IMG/VR virus record: IMGVR_UViG_3300037634_000027
Coordinates: 1-36,444 of that record
DNA: 36,444 nt
Direction: 5' to 3' (one strand)
Source: a virus
Taxonomy: Duplodnaviria > Caudoviricetes
Below, piece by piece: positions 33,859 through 36,444 of this stretch. Under the pieces are notes generated by a model that was not told where the DNA came from, did not search any database, and was given only the letters and a program-made list of their open reading frames with translations. Position numbers and translations under genes: made by a program. The number at the start of each line of letters is the position of its first letter. The first letter of the stretch is position 1.

Positions 33859-33862
33859 AATT

Positions 33863-33888
33863 AAACAAACAGGGAGCCGAAGCTCCCT
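33863..33888 (-). terminator. intrinsic terminator after the major capsid gene
   Basis: Minus strand reads AGGGAGC-TTCG-GCTCCCT-GTTTGTTT: a C(UUCG)G tetraloop with an interrupted U tract. Confidence 0.8.
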
Positions 33889-33906
33889 ATCTGTAACTCT
33901 CTTACT

Positions 33907-34845
33907 CTAGGTAGCTCCGGGTGAACCGTAGATGCCTAGTGGATCAGAAACGCCGAAGCTGTAACGCTCTCGCGCTTTGTAGCGCACGTTACCAGTGTCG
34001 AAATCACCGTCCATTGAAGTTTCAAGCGGAGTACGCTCGAAGTGTTTCATTCCATTTGGTACATCAGTAATTAAGTACCAAGCGTTGTTGTCAGTCAGGT
34101 AGTGATTGACAGCATACCCTTCAGGAATGGAGCCATTATTCTTAATGGCATTGATGTCGTTATCAGCAGTGCTGACACGCAGTTCCGAATCTAGGATTCG
34201 GGTTGCTACAAACATCAGGTTAGGTGGAACAATCAAACGTCTTGGTCGTGCCGCAATAAGAAGTCCACGCTCATCAGTGTAAGCAGCAATACTAATGACT
34301 GCGTCTTCTAATGAAGTTTCATTCAAATCAGCCGCTGTCGCAGGACGATTAGAGTTAAAGCCACCATTAACTTGCGGGTGACCACCGCCGCCAGTGATAC
34401 CATCGCCAACTGCTGTGAACAAGTTAACACCATCGCCAGATTGATAAGCGCTAGTGAAACCATTATTTAATGGGACAGCACCTTTAACTTGCTTGGTGTA
34501 AGCCATCGCTCTCGCTAAAGCTTTGGTGTATCGCTGAGACAAAGATGCATAGAGGTTATCCTCCATTGCTTCTTCAGTAATAGCGAAGCCCTGAGCAATA
34601 GTTTCGTGGGTGTAGCGAGCGGTGAAAGCTTCTTGCGCTGAATCATAATTGATTGCAGAACCTTCAGGCTTCACTGGTGCAGCACCAAAACCACTTAACT
34701 TTACTTCTTCTTCAAACGAGCGATCAGATGTTTCAGTTTCGTAAATCATCTTATCTTCGTCTTCGTACTTTGCATACTCTAAGCCAAACAGGGCGTTAAG
34801 ACCCGGAAGTAGCTCTTTGAGCATTTGCGCTCTTGAAATAGCCAT
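33907..34845 (-). CDS. major capsid protein (Mu gpT-like, HK97 fold)
   Basis: 312 aa; MAISRAQ.LKELLPGLNALFGLEY, PRRLIVPP.L, DGDFDTGNVRYKARERYSFG..DP motifs; strong RBS; followed by a terminator. Confidence 0.93.
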   Translation of the reverse strand: MAISRAQMLKELLPGLNALFGLEYAKYEDEDKMIYETETSDRSFEEEVKLSGFGAAPVKPEGSAINYDSAQEAFTARYTHETIAQGFAITEEAMEDNLYASLSQRYTKALARAMAYTKQVKGAVPLNNGFTSAYQSGDGVNLFTAVGDGITGGGGHPQVNGGFNSNRPATAADLNETSLEDAVISIAAYTDERGLLIAARPRRLIVPPNLMFVATRILDSELRVSTADNDINAIKNNGSIPEGYAVNHYLTDNNAWYLITDVPNGMKHFERTPLETSMDGDFDTGNVRYKARERYSFGVSDPLGIYGSPGAT

Positions 34846-34857
34846 TCGCTAGTCTCC

Positions 34858-35439
34858 TTATACGCCTGTAGCGTTTCTGTATTGTTGCATTCCTTCGTTA
34901 TAAGTAAGGAGTACATCAGTGAAAGCATCGCCTACTTCGCTGTCTGGGCCAATCATAAACTCTAAAATCCGTAAAGGTAGAGTGTTAGTCGTGGCAGCAG
35001 TGCTTGCGTCAACCGCATTCTTGCTTCGACCAGCTTGGGTAGTACCCGCTGTTTGAATGATGGCAATGTTATTGCCAAGTGTAGTTTGTGCCAAAGAACC
35101 ATCAGCCTGCATTCTAAATACAGCATCAGGGTCATCAAGCACATAAGCCATAGCGTCAGACGCTACAGTGCCAGTAGGCCACTGTTGGTTAAAAGTTGGC
35201 TGGCTGGTGCTTGGGTCTGTGTAAAAACAGCCCATAAATATACCAACCGGAGTAGCAGTAGCTGTACCCGTATCTTTTTCAACAGTGCCAGTATTAACTA
35301 GCTTTACAAAATCGCCATAAAAAATAGTAGTGCCATAGGCGCTGGCTATTTTCATGTGACGAACTTTACCAGAGAAAGAACCGCAAGCGCTTAATCCGCC
35401 TACTGGCTCTGCTCCCATCGGGGTTGCAGTAGCAGCCAT
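34858..35439 (-). CDS. putative capsid cement/decoration protein
   Basis: 193 aa immediately upstream of the capsid gene; IFYGD.V.L, GIFMGC.YTD and V.DDPD..F..Q motifs. Confidence 0.7.
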   Translation of the reverse strand: MAATATPMGAEPVGGLSACGSFSGKVRHMKIASAYGTTIFYGDFVKLVNTGTVEKDTGTATATPVGIFMGCFYTDPSTSQPTFNQQWPTGTVASDAMAYVLDDPDAVFRMQADGSLAQTTLGNNIAIIQTAGTTQAGRSKNAVDASTAATTNTLPLRILEFMIGPDSEVGDAFTDVLLTYNEGMQQYRNATGV

Positions 35440-35477
35440 ATCAAAGTCCTCGTTAGAAAGACAATCCTACCAATAGA

Positions 35478-35933
35478 TTATCTTTTACCAAAAGTTGTCC
35501 TCGAAGAATTCTCCTTATACAGAGGCATTCGAGGGTCTTCTTCCCGCAGAAAATTATTGTCAACCGCTTCCATCTGACTAACCGCTATCTTGTTATAGTA
35601 TTCATGACGCTTATCAAGCTGCTCTTCTGGAATCGAGCAAAGCAATAAGCCTCCGTATTCTATATTGTTAGGATAACGAGTATCGTCTTCTTGGCGGAAA
35701 TCAATTTCAGGATATTCCGATGCTATGCATGGAACCCATCCCTCTCTCATTTTCTGCGATACATTAGTGTTGTCTGCCTGTCCCAGCATAGAGGTACGAA
35801 TCCATCGGTGACGAATTCCATCTCTTCGGTCAGGCTTAGGTAATGATGACGCGGGTATCCACGCATCAGTATCCCGTTTTGAGTTTTCCCTAGAATTATT
35901 TTCTTGGGTTGCGCGTGTAGTGTCTTCAGACAT
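35478..35933 (-). CDS. conserved hypothetical head-module protein
   Basis: 151 aa; W.P.S.LP.P...G..HRWIR...REGW.P...GGLLLC.IP pattern; lies between the scaffold and cement genes. Confidence 0.7.
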   Translation of the reverse strand: MSEDTTRATQENNSRENSKRDTDAWIPASSLPKPDRRDGIRHRWIRTSMLGQADNTNVSQKMREGWVPCIASEYPEIDFRQEDDTRYPNNIEYGGLLLCSIPEEQLDKRHEYYNKIAVSQMEAVDNNFLREEDPRMPLYKENSSRTTFGKR

Positions 35934-36442
35934 TAGCCAGCCTCCTGTTTTAACATTGACTCGGCGTATTGTTCGTTGGTAATTCCCAAGCGCTTCGCGA
36001 GAGCTTCTTGAGTTTTCGTAAGCGAGACTTTGCGTGTCTTTGCACCATTGTTCCTATTAGGACTTGGTGCTACCACGGCGGTACTTCTACGTTGACGGGG
36101 CGGAGTGCTTCGTTCCTCTCGCGCATTTTCAAAACCTGAGTAGTCAGGAAACCGTTCACGCATTCTGCGATCTACTTCAGAATAATATCTGTTTGGATCG
36201 GTGTTGGCAGTGATGCCTTCATTAAAAAGATTTTGATGAATAGCTAAACCGACTGCCGTCATTTCCATATGCATTGGATTAATAGATTGTCCCTGTTTGG
36301 CTTCAGGTTGAAACCAAGGATTCTCTCGCATCCAATTTTGTTGATCTTCACTAACCACAGCTCTCTGTTGTTGTTGCTGAACAGGTTGTTGCGGTTGAGC
36401 GGGGTGCTGTATCCTATTAGCTTCCGCTTGTTGTTTAGCAAC
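35933..36442 (-). CDS. putative head scaffolding protein, C-terminal part (5'-truncated by the window)
   Basis: The frame stays open from 36358 to the window edge (VAKQQAEANRIQHPAQPQQ...). W...NPWF...YY.EVD.RM...FP and C-terminal V.LT..Q..LAKRLG.T.EQYA motifs; upstream of the capsid genes. Confidence 0.75.
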   Translation of the reverse strand, partial: VAKQQAEANRIQHPAQPQQPVQQQQQRAVVSEDQQNWMRENPWFQPEAKQGQSINPMHMEMTAVGLAIHQNLFNEGITANTDPNRYYSEVDRRMRERFPDYSGFENAREERSTPPRQRRSTAVVAPSPNRNNGAKTRKVSLTKTQEALAKRLGITNEQYAESMLKQEAG

Positions 36443-36444
36443 GG

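Noticed and set aside
990-35301. Numerous short plus-strand and out-of-frame minus-strand ORFs in the track
   Set aside because: They lie within or across well-supported minus-strand genes and show no recognisable motifs.
36259-36441. 60-aa ORF at the right edge
   Set aside because: It is an alternate frame of the scaffold-like gene, whose own frame is open to the window end.

Overview
A 36.4-kb slice of a tailed dsDNA phage genome with a podovirus-type layout, covering the late/morphogenesis operon. All 34 credible genes are on the minus strand and most are coupled by short stop/start overlaps. In transcription order (right to left): 5'-truncated scaffold-like protein, two head-associated genes, Mu gpT-like major capsid protein, a terminator plus a pseudoknot-capable RNA element, small virion and basic proteins (one an HNH fusion), two paralogous head-tail adaptors, tail fibres and their chaperone, a trio of exported/membrane proteins (Asn/Thr-repeat; NIDO-like/Cys-repeat/acidic; TM plus coiled coil), an extended lysis-like cassette (class 3 lipase, lipoprotein, holin-like protein, GH24 endolysin, SNase), the tail nozzle, and four ejection-type proteins. 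The last of these is a 2695-aa polyvalent protein with zincin, ART-like, HhH-like, GNAT and LPD38-like modules. Most notable observations: the exported three-gene module; a recurring hydrophobic-x-x-G-G motif in four probable internal proteins; LASR linkers between the polyvalent domains; a natural His at the T4-lysozyme Thr26 position; and an interlocked-stem RNA downstream of the capsid gene. All family calls come from recognising motifs by eye, not from database searches. No tRNA, CRISPR array, integrase or replication gene was seen.
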